A stretch of 64,000 nt of DNA from Enoplolaimus lenunculus (taxonomy: Eukaryota). Both the position numbers and the translations under genes were made by a program. The stretch covers positions 186,001-250,000 of the forward strand of contig JASANG010002092.1 of assembly GCA_030248215.1 (NCBI GenBank), written 5' to 3'. Position 1 is the first letter of the stretch. Every line of letters begins with the position of its first letter. The notes beneath the pieces were generated by a model. The model was not told the DNA's origin. It saw only the letters and a program-made list of their open reading frames with translations, and did not search any database. Below, piece after piece: positions 25,475-37,841 of the stretch.

Positions 25475-26181
25475 GGCCCATGTTACGATACAGGCCTTCC
25501 CATTGTCCTGGGACAATACCAGGACCGCAAACATATATACTCCTGTTTTATACGCACATCCGAATCTATTTACATTTATATATAAATATATACTGAGAAT
25601 GTTGTGCAGTAAAACAGTTTAAAACTACCCCGATGTCAAACTGTCCCGTTGTCATGTCAAATTGTCCGACTGTCAAACATTCCCACTGTCAAACTGTACC
25701 TCTGTAAACTGTCCCGCTGTCAAAGTGTTCCGTTGTAAAACTGTTTGTGTGTACTCCAGCCTGGTACATTGCTGTCCCGGGAAAAGGTGACGGCCTTTAG
25801 CCCTTTAGGGTAAAATTGAATCTGCTCTGCTGTCCCAACCGGCCCAACTGTACCGACATTCTAATTGTCCCAACTGCCCGCTGTCCAACTAATCCGCTGT
25901 CTCAACTGTACCGCTGACCCAACTGTCCCACTCTCCCAATTGTCCCGATGTCCCAATTGTCCCCTGTCCCAACTGTCGCACTATCCCAACTGTCCCTCCT
26001 GTCCGACTGTCCACCTGTCCCAACTGTCCCGCTGTCCCAACTGTGTCGCAGCCCTAACTATCCCAATTTTTCCGCTGTCCTAAATCTCCCACTGTCCCAA
26101 GTGTCTCAACTGTCCCGCTATCCCAACTGTCTTGCTGTCCAAACTATCCCGCTGTCCCAACTGTTCCGCCGTCAACTGTCC
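25475..26181. mobile_element. Second GGGACAG-family TIR element (inverted relative to 9478) plus an adjacent CTGTCCCA array
   Basis: It starts GGCCCATGTTACGATACAGGCCTTCCCATTGTCCTGGGACA, and the other end TTGCTGTCCCGGGAAAAGGTGACGGCCTTTA lies at about 25769-25799. CTGTCCCAA/CTGTCCCG units run from 25828 to 26181. Confidence 0.8.
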
Positions 26182-27107
26182 AAACAACGTAATTTAATAA
26201 ATACATAATGTTTGTTTGCAGTATTTTGTAAAATTCTATCCTTTTCTTTTCAAAATGCTTAATTTTTTTGCAGAAATGAAAAACTAAAAATGTATGTTTC
26301 AATATGTAGCACGAGCGCGGTGGTCCAAAAATTGTTGACGTTGCTCGATATATGAAACTATAGAAAAGCAACAGGACAAACGCAATTTTTAGCGCCATCG
26401 ACCAGAGCTTGGGTTTGACTTTTCATGAATCCGTAAGTGAAAAATTAAGTTTGGAAACCAACAACTTAACAAAATATTGCAGATATTGCTTAAAATTAAT
26501 TATTTAACCATCATTTTTAGTACGTAATTTCGCCTAATCTCTGGCTCCGGCTCCGGCAAGTTTCGTTGTCCTTCGGTTCCGCCTATGGGTCATAAGGTTA
26601 AGTATTTTGTCTACTAAATAGTAGGCGGCAGATTGTTAGGTCTATGTGTACTTATCAGGTTTATGAAGCGACAACTGGCATGGCAAGCAATGTACAACCG
26701 GAGGTCTGCTTCCAGCTCTTGAAGAAATTTTGCCGAAGGTTCTAGCATTTTCGGTAGCGAAAAACTTGTATTTAGTAATGGGCCTTTCTTCACCTCGGAT
26801 TGCACCCTGCTTCCACTGCCAGGGTCTAAACCCTTAAGAAATTCTTAATGGCATTGCTTCGGTGATAAATTTTTTATTACAAACCAACGACAACGATCCA
26901 GTTCTTCACGAAACTATCGTTAGAACATGCGTCCACAGCGGCGAATTCAGAAGTTTCTGACTGGACGGAGGCACGTCCCTCCCTTCTCTGGATCCGGTAG
27001 TGGTCTTGCGCCTTGCTGTATATATTTCCGCGCGTCTGGAAAATAAGTTTTACACTTGTGGTTTTGAACCCAAATGTCTTGGCTGGTGCTTTTCTACTTT
27101 AAAAAAC

Positions 27108-29098
27108 TTAACCCTTTCTCACATGAATATTTTCCATTTCCCCTGAGACCTAATTTTATGCTAGGATTCGAACTCCAGTGACTGTAGTGGGAGGCGTATA
27201 CCATCACCACTCAGCTATAGGAGCTTGACGCTCGAGCCCGAGGAGGCTCTCACGTCTTGTGGTGATTTAGTACTATGTATACGTGTTGCAATTGTTAAAC
27301 ACGGTGCGATATATACTATTTAACGTATATACACTGCGCTGAGTAGCCTACAGACAACTCAATGTGAGAAGGGGTTATAGATAGTAAACTGAAAATTTTT
27401 CGCTTAACCCTTTCTCACATGAATATTTTCCATTTCCCCTGAGACCTACTTTTATGCTAGGATTCGAACTCCAGTGACTGTAGTGGGTGGCGTATACCAT
27501 CACCACTCAGCTATAGGAGCTTGACGCTCGAGCCCGAGGAGGCTCTCACGTCTTGTGGTGATTTAGTACTATGTATACGTGTTGCAATTGTTAAACACGG
27601 TGCGATATATACTATTTAACGTATATACACTGCGCTGAGTTGCCTACAGACAACTCAATGTGAGAAGGGGTTATAGATAGTAAACTGAAAATTTTTCGCT
27701 TAACCCTTTCTCACATGAATATTTTCCATTTCCCCTGAGACCTACTTTTATGCTAGGATTCGAACTCCAGTGACTGTAGTGGGTGGCATATGCCATCACC
27801 ACTCAGCTATAGGAGCTTGACGCTCGAGCCCGAGGAGGCTCTCACGTCTTGTGGTGATTTAGTACTATGTATACGTGTTGCAATTGTTAAACACGGTGCG
27901 ATATATACTATTTAACGTATATACACTGCGCTGAGTTGCCTACAGACAACTCAATGTGAGAAGGGGTTATAGATAGTAAACTGAAAATTTTTCGCTTAAC
28001 CCTTTCTCACATGAATATTTTCCATTTCCCCTGAGACCTACTTTTATGCTAGGATTCGAACTCCAGTGACTGTAGTGGGTGGCATATGCCATCACCACTC
28101 AGCTATAGGAGCTTGACGCTCGAGCCCGAGGAGGCTCTCACGTCTTGTGGTGATTTAGTACTATGTATACGTGTTGCAATTGTTAAACACGGTGCGATAT
28201 ATACTATTTAACGTATATACACTGCGCTGAGTTGCCTACAGACAACTCAATGTGAGAAGGGGTTATAGATAGTAAACTGAAAATTTTTCGCTTAACCCTT
28301 TCTCACATGAATATTTTCCATTTCCCCTGAGACCTACTTTTATGCTAGGATTCGAACTCCAGTGACTGTAGTGGGTGGCATATGCCATCACCACTCAGCT
28401 ATAGGAGCTTGACGCTCGAGCCCGAGGAGGCTCTCACGTCTTGTGGTGATTTAGTACTATGTATACGTGTTGCAATTGTTAAACACGGTGCGATATATAC
28501 TATTTAACGTATATACACTGCGCTAGTTGCCTACAGACAACTCAATGTGAGAAGGGGTTATAGATAGTAAACTGAAAATTTTTCGCTTAACCCTTTCTCA
28601 CATGAATATTTTCCATTTCCCCTAGACCTACTTTTATGCTAGGATTCGAACTCCAGTGACTGTAGTGGGTGGCATATGCCATCACCACTCAGCTATAGGA
28701 GCTTGACGCTCGAGCCCGAGGAGGCTCTCACGTCTTGTGGTGATTTAGTACTATGTATACGTGTTGCAATTGTTAAACACGGTGCGATATATACTATTTA
28801 ACGTATATACACTGCGCTGAGTTGCCTACAGACAACTCAATGTGAGAAGGGGTTATAGATAGTAAACTGAAAATTTTTCGCTTAACCCTTTCTCACATGA
28901 ATATTTTCCATTTCCCCTGAGACCTACTTTTATGCTAGGATTCGAACTCCAGTGACTGTAGTGGGTGGCATATGCCATCACCACTCAGCTATAGGAGCTT
29001 GACGCTCGAGCCCGAGGAGGCTCTCACGTCTTGTGGTGATTTAGTACTATGTATACGTGTTGCAATTGTTAAACACGGTGCGATATATACTATTTAAC
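27108..29098. repeat. Tandem array of a 296-bp unit (6 full copies plus about 0.7), each with TIRs and a minus-strand tRNA-like promoter
   Basis: Units start at 27108, 27404, 27700, 27996, 28292, 28587 and 28882 and are nearly identical. In unit 1, TAACCCTTTCTCACAT (27109-27124) is inverted to ATGTGAGAAGGGGTTA (27362-27377). The A box TAGCTGAGTGG is at 27217-27207 and the B box GAGTTCGAATCC at 27175-27164. Confidence 0.97.
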
Positions 29099-29735
29099 AT
29101 ATATACTATTATACCATTTTTAATCACAATTCAAATTTTTGATGTCAAGTTTTTAGGGCAGCTGTCTAAGCTGTTTCTAAATAAATGTAGTAGCTTATGG
29201 CTGTTACATAATTGTAACAGCAATTACTAAAAATTTGAGGACAAATGCTGTACAATAAATACTGCACCTTTTAACAACTGCAGTAGTTTATGAAATACTG
29301 CGTAAACACCTACTACTACATTTCAATGCAAATAAAATATTTTATGAATTGTTAAAAATATAGCAACAGCATCTACTATCAAATGTATAGCAGAGGGCAA
29401 GCGTCTAAGCTAGACGTGAACTTTACAGGCTCAACGCAAATTAAAATGGACGACGCATTAACTATAATTCGGAACGGAAAATGTGTAGTGTAAAAAGTTT
29501 GCTTAGCAAGCGGAAAAACTGAAAAATTTAAAACCTATATGTCTTCTCTGATTAGGGAAAGTCTGAAAGTCGATTTTGTTCGAAAAACGGGAAAAAAATT
29601 AAACTCATATTAATATCTTAACGGGCCGATAGGAAATCCAGAAGCATAGGATTGCTTGGAGAACGGAAAAAGTGGAAAATTTAAAACTTTTCCCGTTTTC
29701 CGAACCGAATTGCACAATGCAATTTTACAGATAAA

Positions 29736-30980
29736 CCGGCCCATGTTACGCTGAGGGCCGTCCCGCTGCCCCGTGACAGTGGGAAAGCGGGACAGCGGGA
29801 CAGTGGGACAGCGGGACAGCAGGACAGCGGGACTGTGGGACAGCGGGATAGTGAGACAGCGGGACAGTAGGACAGTAAGACATCGGGACAGTAGGACAGT
29901 AGGACAGCGGAACAGTGGGACAGCGGGACAGTAGCACGCGAGACAGTGGGATAGCGGGACAGCGGAGCAGTGGGACAGCGGGACTGTACGGACAGCGGGA
30001 CAGTGGGATAGCGGGACAGTGGAACAGCGGGACAGTAGGACAGTGGGACAGTAGGACAGTGGGACAATGGGACGGTAGGACAGCGGGACAGTTGGACAGT
30101 AGGACAGTGGGACAGTGGGACAGTAGGACAGCGGGACAGTGGGACAGTGGGACGGTAGGACAGCGGAACAGTGGGACAGTAGGACAGTGGGACAGTAGGA
30201 CAGTGGGATAGTGGGACAGCGGGACAGTAAGGAATTCGATTGGGAACATGGCACCACCTGGCTTTGATCCTGTGTCAGCTGTCAAACCCAAAATTTTGTG
30301 TGGAGGTTTGCGACTTTAATATGGTTTCACTTTTTACTCACGTCAGTTTTGACTCGATACCTCGCGCTCAGCTAAAAACAAGTTCCGAGCAAAATTATAG
30401 GCTTTATGTCCCACTGCTCCGCTGTCCCGCTATCCCACTGTCTCGCGTGCTACTGTCCCGCTGTCCCACTGTTCCGCTGTCCTACTGTCCTACTGTCCCG
30501 ATGTCTTACTGTCCTACTGTCCCGCTGTCTCACTATCCCGCTGTCCCGCTGTCCCACAGTCCCGCTGTCCTGCTGTCCCACTGTCCCGCTGTCCTACTGT
30601 CCCGCTGTCCTACTGTCCTACTCACCCGCTGTCCCACTGTCCCGCTGTCCCACTGTCCCGCTGTCCTACCGCACCACTGTCCCGCTGTCCCACTGTCCCG
30701 CTGTCCCACTGTCCCGCTGTCTTGCTGTCCGACTGTCAAACTGTCCTACTGTCCCGCTGTCCCACTGTCCCGCTGTGCTACTGTCCCGCTGTCCCACTGT
30801 CCCGCTGTGCTACTGTCCCACTGTCCTACTGTCCCACTGTCCCGCCTTCCCACTGTCCCGCTGTGCTACTGTCCCACTGTCCTACTGTCCCGCTGTCCCA
30901 CTGTCCCACTGTCACGCTGTCCTGCTGTTCAGCTGTCCTACTGCCCCTCTTTCCCGCTGTCCCACTGTCCCTTTGTCCAG
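29736..30980. repeat. Two oppositely oriented 8-bp-unit GGGACAGY arrays around a unique spacer, starting with the GGGACAG-family TIR
   Basis: CCGGCCCATGTTACG starts at 29736. A (GGGACAGC/GGGACAGT/AGGACAGT)n array spans about 29775-30228, a spacer spans 30229-30406, and a (CTGTCCCG/CTGTCCCA/CTGTCCTA)n array spans 30407-30980. Confidence 0.95.
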
Positions 30981-32196
30981 CTGCTGAACTCTTTGCCGGC
31001 TTTTGTTATCTATAAGAGATTAAAACTGGAAATTGCTCAGCGTCCTAGTGTCTTTATAGCCTGAAAGTCTCTTATTCTTCCTTTGCAGTCTCTACATTTC
31101 TCGGTCTTCGGTTGTATCAGATTCACAGTGCTCCAGATTTCCAGTGCCCTAGTTTTTTGTACCAGTTTTGTAAGGTCCCAGTTTCTATGTGTTTCTGCAA
31201 AAGCACTAGTGTCTGGGCACTCCCGGTTATAGATTTTCTAGCTGGAAAACATAAGCCCTTCCACCTCTATAATTATCTCTTCAAAGGCCGAAGATCAAAC
31301 CGAAGTTGATCTAGCTTCTTCCACCTAAGGAGGCTCCGTGGTCAACCTTATAGAGCTATCTTTTATAAGGCCACCTCATTTATGCAAACAGATGAGTGGA
31401 CAAGACCAGATCGTCCACTCGTGAACTAAAACAGAACGAAGAGCCAATCGCACTTTTTGTTCAAATTTTCCAGTAAAAATTACTTTTGGATCAAATGGAG
31501 TTTTAAGGATTAATTTTGTTGTACAACACCGACCTGTGTTAGGTCGGCTAACAACCGAAATTCAGAGGGCGCTAGCGCGATTTCTAATTTGATTTGAAAA
31601 TCTACCGGAAATCGAGAAAGAACAAACTTCTAAGACCGCAAAACTATTTAGCGTTAAGCGTGTTATCTATCTTACGCGTACGTGAAAAAGCCATTAAAAA
31701 CAGTTCAGGGGTGGCGCTTCCGCACGACCGCATAGAGCTTGCTTAAGCTTCACTAGTGTGCGAACCAATTTTACTTAGCTAGTATGGCTTCGATTGGTAT
31801 AGCTAGCTAGACATTAAGCAAGTACAGGGCAGTAGAAGCTCAGCGATAGTCGATGATGTCTGAGCAGGGTTCTTATTCTCGTTGCATGCGAACTGCCGAA
31901 ATCAATTCAATAGGTTTTTCAGGTCTCGTTACACGCCTTTCCGCAATTAATCTTACCCGTCGCAAAATCGCTACATGAAATTTTTGCTGGAAGCGCTGGA
32001 AATATAGGCCTGTTCGAACCCTTTTATCGCAGGAATTCCCATCGGTACAGGAATTCCAATTGAACCCTGATGTGACAAACCTTATGTTGATGCTGCACAT
32101 CGGTAAAAATCACTGCTGCATATGTAGTGCCTTCATATGCAGCAGCAGTAAAAACATGGAAGAACCAAGATACATGTGTATTGCAGTGCCCTCCCT

Positions 32197-32394
32197 GTAT
32201 GTATGCTAGCTGGCAGCATACGGTCGACAGATATAGTCGACGAAAAAATGCAGTTCGACATGCGGGCTACGTGGTGCAGTGGTAGAGTGCTCGCTTTAGG
32301 ATCCGTAGGCTAAGAGTTGGATCCCCGCTCTAACCCGCTTTTCCAGCTGCTTGGCAGAAAGGTCTGATGTTCTCAGTTCCAACCTAGACTGACA
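32197..32394 (+). mobile_element. Partial copy of the tRNA-like repeat at 791-1137
   Basis: GTATGCTAGCTGGCAGCATA...GCGGGCT..GTGGTGCAGTGGTAGAGT...CCAGCTGCTT...GAAAGGTCTGA...ACCTAGACTGACA aligns with 838-1032. The B box is degenerate (GAGTTGGATCC, 32314-32324). Confidence 0.85.
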
Positions 32395-32415
32395 AACTTC
32401 AGCAGTTGATTGTGA

Positions 32416-32488
32416 GGCGGCGTGGCTCAGTGGATAGCGCGCTGGACTGATAATCTGTCGACCGAGTTCGAAACCTGGGAGCGTCCCT
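32416..32488 (+). pseudogene. tRNA-derived sequence (pseudo-tRNA or SINE head; apparent anticodon GAT)
   Basis: The A box TGGCTCAGTGG and B box GAGTTCGAAACC are at tRNA spacing with a CTGATAA loop. The acceptor, anticodon and T stems all contain mismatches. Confidence 0.7.
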
Positions 32489-33626
32489 CATTTTGTGACT
32501 AACTTTTTCGTTCTGAAGTTTGCTTTTACATACGACGTACGATAGTTGTTTTAAGAGACATGTTGGGACGGTTCCTGCAAAGAAATTCAATTCCTGTTTC
32601 TTCTTGTTCCGGCAAAATTTTGTTCCTGTTGGAACCCTGGTACCTACATACTTACCTACTTAGTTTTTATACAATTATATATCTAATTTATTTCTAAGTT
32701 GTGCGAAAGGTTTTCATTCACAATGCAAATTAACTTCTAACTGTTTCTTTGCTAGGAAAGAGACGTATATATTTGAATTTTTTGTAATGAATCCCTAAAG
32801 GTGTTATATAACCCTGTAGATAATCTGTTCGGTGTGTTATGTTTGTGTTCAAAGTCTGTTTCAGAATAAAAATACAATTCATGCTATGGTTTTTTCATCA
32901 CTGCCTCTTGGCATGCTCAGGGACACACTGAATATAATATAGTAGAATTCACAGCACAAGAAGTTTGATCAGGTGTGTATTTCATGTAGTTTGCGTGTAA
33001 CCAGTTCAGACAAATAGATTGACATTCGAATATGATTCCAACATTTCCATTTGCCTGATTTGGAGTGTTAGCAATTTCTTACATACATAATATCATTGGT
33101 ATAAAAATTTACTTTTGCTCTACGCGACGGAACCAGGTGCTGGCGTACTAAGTGTAAATAGTTATATGTAAAGTTGGAAAATGCAAGTTACTGTCCACAG
33201 AACGCTGTATAATACTAAAGTTATAACAATAGATGACATATAATCTGGTATTTTGCAAGCCCAATTTCGAGTGGGGGCATTTGTGCCACGTGGTTCAAAC
33301 CGGGGCGATTTGCCGAGTAGGGGGCTTACAACAAATGCCGCGGGTTTAACCAGGGTGAGAGACAAAAATTGCGGTTTTTTGGAAAATTTGTATTTTTGAG
33401 CAAAATGTTTGTTTAATAAGTGATTTCGAGTTTAAGGCCTTACTTAAGCGAAAAAAGTAGCTGAATAACATTGCCACTGGTATATTCGAGCAAATTAGTT
33501 GCGCATTCACTGTTGAATTGGCACCGTACATTCGTTCCACAAACCTGAAAGAATTTACCGAGTAGGGGGACTTTGGTCTTGGGGGGCAACGCCTATCAGC
33601 GAAGCGCCAGTAATCATGACTGTCAC

Positions 33627-34482
33627 CAGGAATGGGCGGTCTCGGTCTCGCTTTTTTTAAATCTCGCTCGCTTACATAAATTAAAATTAGCTGAAAAAGA
33701 AACAAACTTTACCTTCTTGACTTGCCCAGCGATGTAATCGCAGCAAGACGTTAAAGACGCCCACTTGGAAGAAACAGTTTTATAATATTTAGCACCATAA
33801 CCGTAATTATCCGGTATCCGGTACCAGGGATGGACGGTCTTGGTCTCGCTTTTTCAGTCTCGGTGGTTTGCAAACCGAGATCAAAGAGGTGAAAAAGCGA
33901 TAAGCAATCACAAAAATTTTCCTTAGATCATAGCTTTGGCCCGGATGTACTTGAGCATTTCGCTTACCAAGGCAAACAGCGAACGATTGTTGAGTACTGC
34001 TACCTGGTTATACAGCGTTTTGACGGTGACAAAGTACAAATAGTTGCATTTTCTCGTTTAAAAGATTTATGGCATCGTTTAAAAAACTATGGGTCATCTG
34101 CATTGATAACGTTACGCTATGTTAAAAAATTTTCCAGTCCATTCGGTTTGCCCGGAAGCAAAAACAAACTATAGTTTTGAATTAGGATTGTACCGAGGGT
34201 GTTTTGAGACGGTGTGATTTGTCACGAGCCTGTTCGAAGGGTATTGCGACAGCAGCCAAGTGAAATATGAAGTAAAAAAAAATAAATTTTGACTGCGATT
34301 TATTAGTTTAATTGTATGAAGCTGCAATTCAACTCAGATAAAAATATTCAAAAGTTTTGTTTAAAAAATCTTATTTTTATTTTCGCTAACGGTGAAAACT
34401 CGACCGACGCCGAGAATAAAAGTATCGGTGTCGGTATGTTGGGTCTCGGTCTCACTTTTTTGACCGAGACCGCCCATCCCTG
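33627..34482. mobile_element. MITE family B (CAGGGATGGGCGGTCTCGGTC...GACCGAGACCGCCCATCCCTG) with a doubled left end
   Basis: Left-end motifs occur at 33627 and 33825, and the right TIR ends at 34482. The interior is homologous to 37842-38447 and 63655-64000. Confidence 0.85.
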
Positions 34483-36631
34483 ACTGAGGTAGTTAACTGT
34501 TGAACTGAACAAATTACTAGCTTATTTGTTGTTATTTCCATTTAGCAGACTGTGCATTTTTATTTAATCTGTTTTAGAGTCTGTTCAAAGCCAAATTGCA
34601 ATATGATGCAATTTGTACTTGTCTCAATATGATATCGGAATGGAAATTTAAAGTTTACGTATATCTCGTTTTGACTGTTAGTGCGATTCTGCTGTAAAAG
34701 GTTAGTTGAAAGGTTTCTTGGATTTTTAACTGTTAGTTGCCTCGCTGCGTTATAGCAATGTTAAGAAATTTTGTTTCGTTTTTATATCTTGCTGACGTAT
34801 TGCTTTGGCTGAATTCCTTTAAACAGGACAGGTTGTTAAAGTTGTTTTTAAAAATTAATTTTTTAAAGTCCTATATTCGCCGGAGCGAAAATTTTTTTTG
34901 TATAAAGTTATGCAATTGCGACGTATATACAATTACATGCCGCTTGTGGCGCTGACTTTAAGGTGTTAAAATGTTTACCGTGCAACCACGGTTTACGAAT
35001 TATTGCCTAATGCTGAATGAGCGTCGTCCGCAAAGTTAATTTTCGACCATACCTCGTGAAATCCTAGTATGATGGCAAAAATTGGGTCTGTTCTTTATCC
35101 TCATAGCCGGTGTTTGTCCAAAAATGGCACAAATGGTGTTTTAATTTTTTTGTATATTTGAGCTTCTCTTGACCTTCCATGGTTATTCCACGCCTAAATT
35201 TGAGTTTTAAAGGCTTGATTTTAAAGGCGCCGAGAAGGTCGACCCTTGAGACTCAAATAATTGATTGTCAAAAAGTTAGACAAGTTATATAACTATTCCA
35301 CGTAACTTGCGGGGCTGAATCGAATGTTGTTATTGTCGCAATCACTAATCAGACGTGTGGCTTATCAGTTATCAAAATTCTAAACGCCTAAGACAAGCTT
35401 AGACTAAGCCCAAGCAAAAAATATGCTTAACATTTAAGCCTACTTTATTGCGGTCTTGTGAGAAACCTGACAGCGGGTCAAGACTAAATGTAACATGGGC
35501 TGATGTTGGTAAGATTAAGCTTAAGTATGTTTGAATGTGGTTCTTTCTTCTTGGAAATGTAAAACGTTTCATGTATAAATGTTTCGGTTATATCCGCCAT
35601 AATGCAACGAATTGCCGTTATTTGTAAACAGCAGTAATCAATGAAAGTCACAATACTGCGTGAGTTGGTTATACAATAGTTTTGATCTAAATACACGTAC
35701 GAAAACAGTCACTACACATAACAACGAGTGAGAATATAAATTTGGTACATATACCACTAAACCAATGTAGGTTAAGTTAATATGAAAACATCAACAACTA
35801 TTGTGTGGGAGTGAAACACACAGAACATTCTAGTTTCAATTTATTTAAAAATGTAATTTTTCCGAGACCATTGTGGGCATGGCCCCCTTGGCCCCACCCC
35901 TGACTACGCCCTTGTCTACACGTTCATATAGCAAAACATTGCTGTTGCGTAAACTTATTTTGTAAACACTACAACAGCACTGCATGGCAACTTTCTACAC
36001 ATGGCTAGACAAAATGTCCTGTGGCACAATTTAGCCCGAATCCGGACGCATCACAGTACATTTATTACATTAACATACGCAAAATCTCAAGTGAGGCGAT
36101 ATGGCAAATAATAAACGCATTGCTAGTAACTCCACAACATGTGAGTGTCAGCAAAATGTCGCGTGACGACATGATAAAAACGGTACCGTGCTACTAGGCA
36201 CATATGCTTATGCAGAAGGTACATAAAATTTGAAGTTTAGTGTATTTTGCTGTCCCCGGCCCCGGGTAAATTCCAGTCCCCGGAACATCTCTATCTTTAA
36301 TAATAATCTTGCTATTCTTTTATTTGTTTCTGCATCTTTGTTTTTTGCAGTTGATTCATGTAGGTCATGTTCTGTTGATGTCGCAATATCGGGCGTAATT
36401 TTGCGATTATGTAAACTTTATACGTTAGTAGTAATGAGGAAATTTAAGCGCTGAGGTCGTATAACTGTAATACGAAACATTGCTGCACAGCTGCCACGTT
36501 AACAATATAATCTCCTTGCACAGACTCTGCGTGTACGGATATCAGGGTAAAGCAAACAATCGACGTTTGGCCTGAAATGTTGCATTGCCGGATGTTGATT
36601 GCTGAAAACTATACCATGACTCTATGTCATA

Positions 36632-37046
36632 CAGGGTGCAACTGGAATTGTAAAATACTGGTACCGGAAAGTTAAAAAATACGGAGCCGGAAGGTTAAAA
36701 AATACGGAACCGGAAAGTTAAAAAATACCAGAACCGCAACTGGAAAACAAAAATACTTGTTAATTTAGGATACCAAAATACTGAATCAAATGCAGTAGCT
36801 GGAAACGTATGATGATAAATTATGGAGTATGGCACAATTTGAAAATTTTGGCAATACACGCTCAGATAAGTTTAGAAAAATGAGTTAGATTAATATGCCA
36901 ATTTTTCATTAATTTTCGAATGAGAAACATATTCGATACCTAAAAACCGAAAAAAATCGGATGAAAAATACCGGATTTATTTCCGGAACCGGATGGTGAA
37001 AAATACCGGATTATCCTACCGGAATTGGATTTCCGGTTGCACTCTG
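36632..37046. mobile_element. MITE family A copy
   Basis: The ends are CAGGGTGCAACTGGA and TCCGGTTGCACTCTG. The flanks ATGTCATA and ATATAATA match at 6/8, and the interior matches 11281-11682. Confidence 0.85.
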
Positions 37047-37841
37047 ATATAATACTATTATTTATGCTTAAAATAACAGTATTTAGCTGCGAATTTTGTT
37101 CGAAATGACAAAAAATTCAAAAAGCCCAGTCAATTAATACTAAGACTTTTCTAGAAACGAAATTTGTCGGAGCCAGGTATTGAAGTATCCTGGTCCAGTA
37201 TTTTTTGGTATTCGGTTGACCCTTGTTAAGTAGTGTTGTTCCTTTTCCAGAATTTTACTAGGGCCGGTGCCAACTGAGAAAATTCATGCATATTTTGTAA
37301 GTATGAGTTTTGTTTTGTCAAAATACCTGTATATTGTTAGATAAGCATGTTTTTGTTGTAAAAATGAAACGTTGACGGAATTCCGATTCAAAACGAGTTC
37401 CAATTCTGATAGCACAATCATCGGAAGCGGAATTTTGAAATTTTAATTTTAATTCTATTTGTTGTGATGTGTTGCATTAGAGTTCTGTATCATTTTTATC
37501 TATTAAATTGTTTTCGATGAGTTAATTTATCAATAATAGATTCTAGTTTAGCTTTACAGAACCAAAAATCATCGACAGTTTGTTCATACGACGTTTGTGA
37601 AAATTGATACCAGCCAACAGACACCCTAAATCAATATGTTTGTTAATACAAATTATCCGTACAGTCACAAAATTTTTAGTTCCGGTTCCGATTCCGATCA
37701 GAATTCCGGTATAAATTTGCTGTGTCGATTCCGATTTGGATTCCCGTATAATCTATTTCCGCTTTGCACCCTGCCAGGCTGTTTATGTGTCTTTGGTAGG
37801 GTGCCACCGGATATCAGGCTTAGCAGGGTTCCACCTGGAAC

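Noticed and set aside
27108..29098. CRISPR array or genuine tRNA/5S gene cluster
   Set aside because: Whole units are identical with no unique spacers and no cas genes. The tRNA-like part lacks an acceptor stem, and I see no 5S similarity.
29610..31064. Long Cys/Pro-rich ORFs (PLSHCPTV..., GQRDSGTV...), also at 9491-10123 and 25865-26208
   Set aside because: They are translations of stop-poor 8-9-bp repeats, open in several frames on both strands, with no gene structure.
32416..32488. Functional tRNA-Ile(GAT)
   Set aside because: Several stems are mismatched and the acceptor stem does not pair, so it is treated as tRNA-derived.
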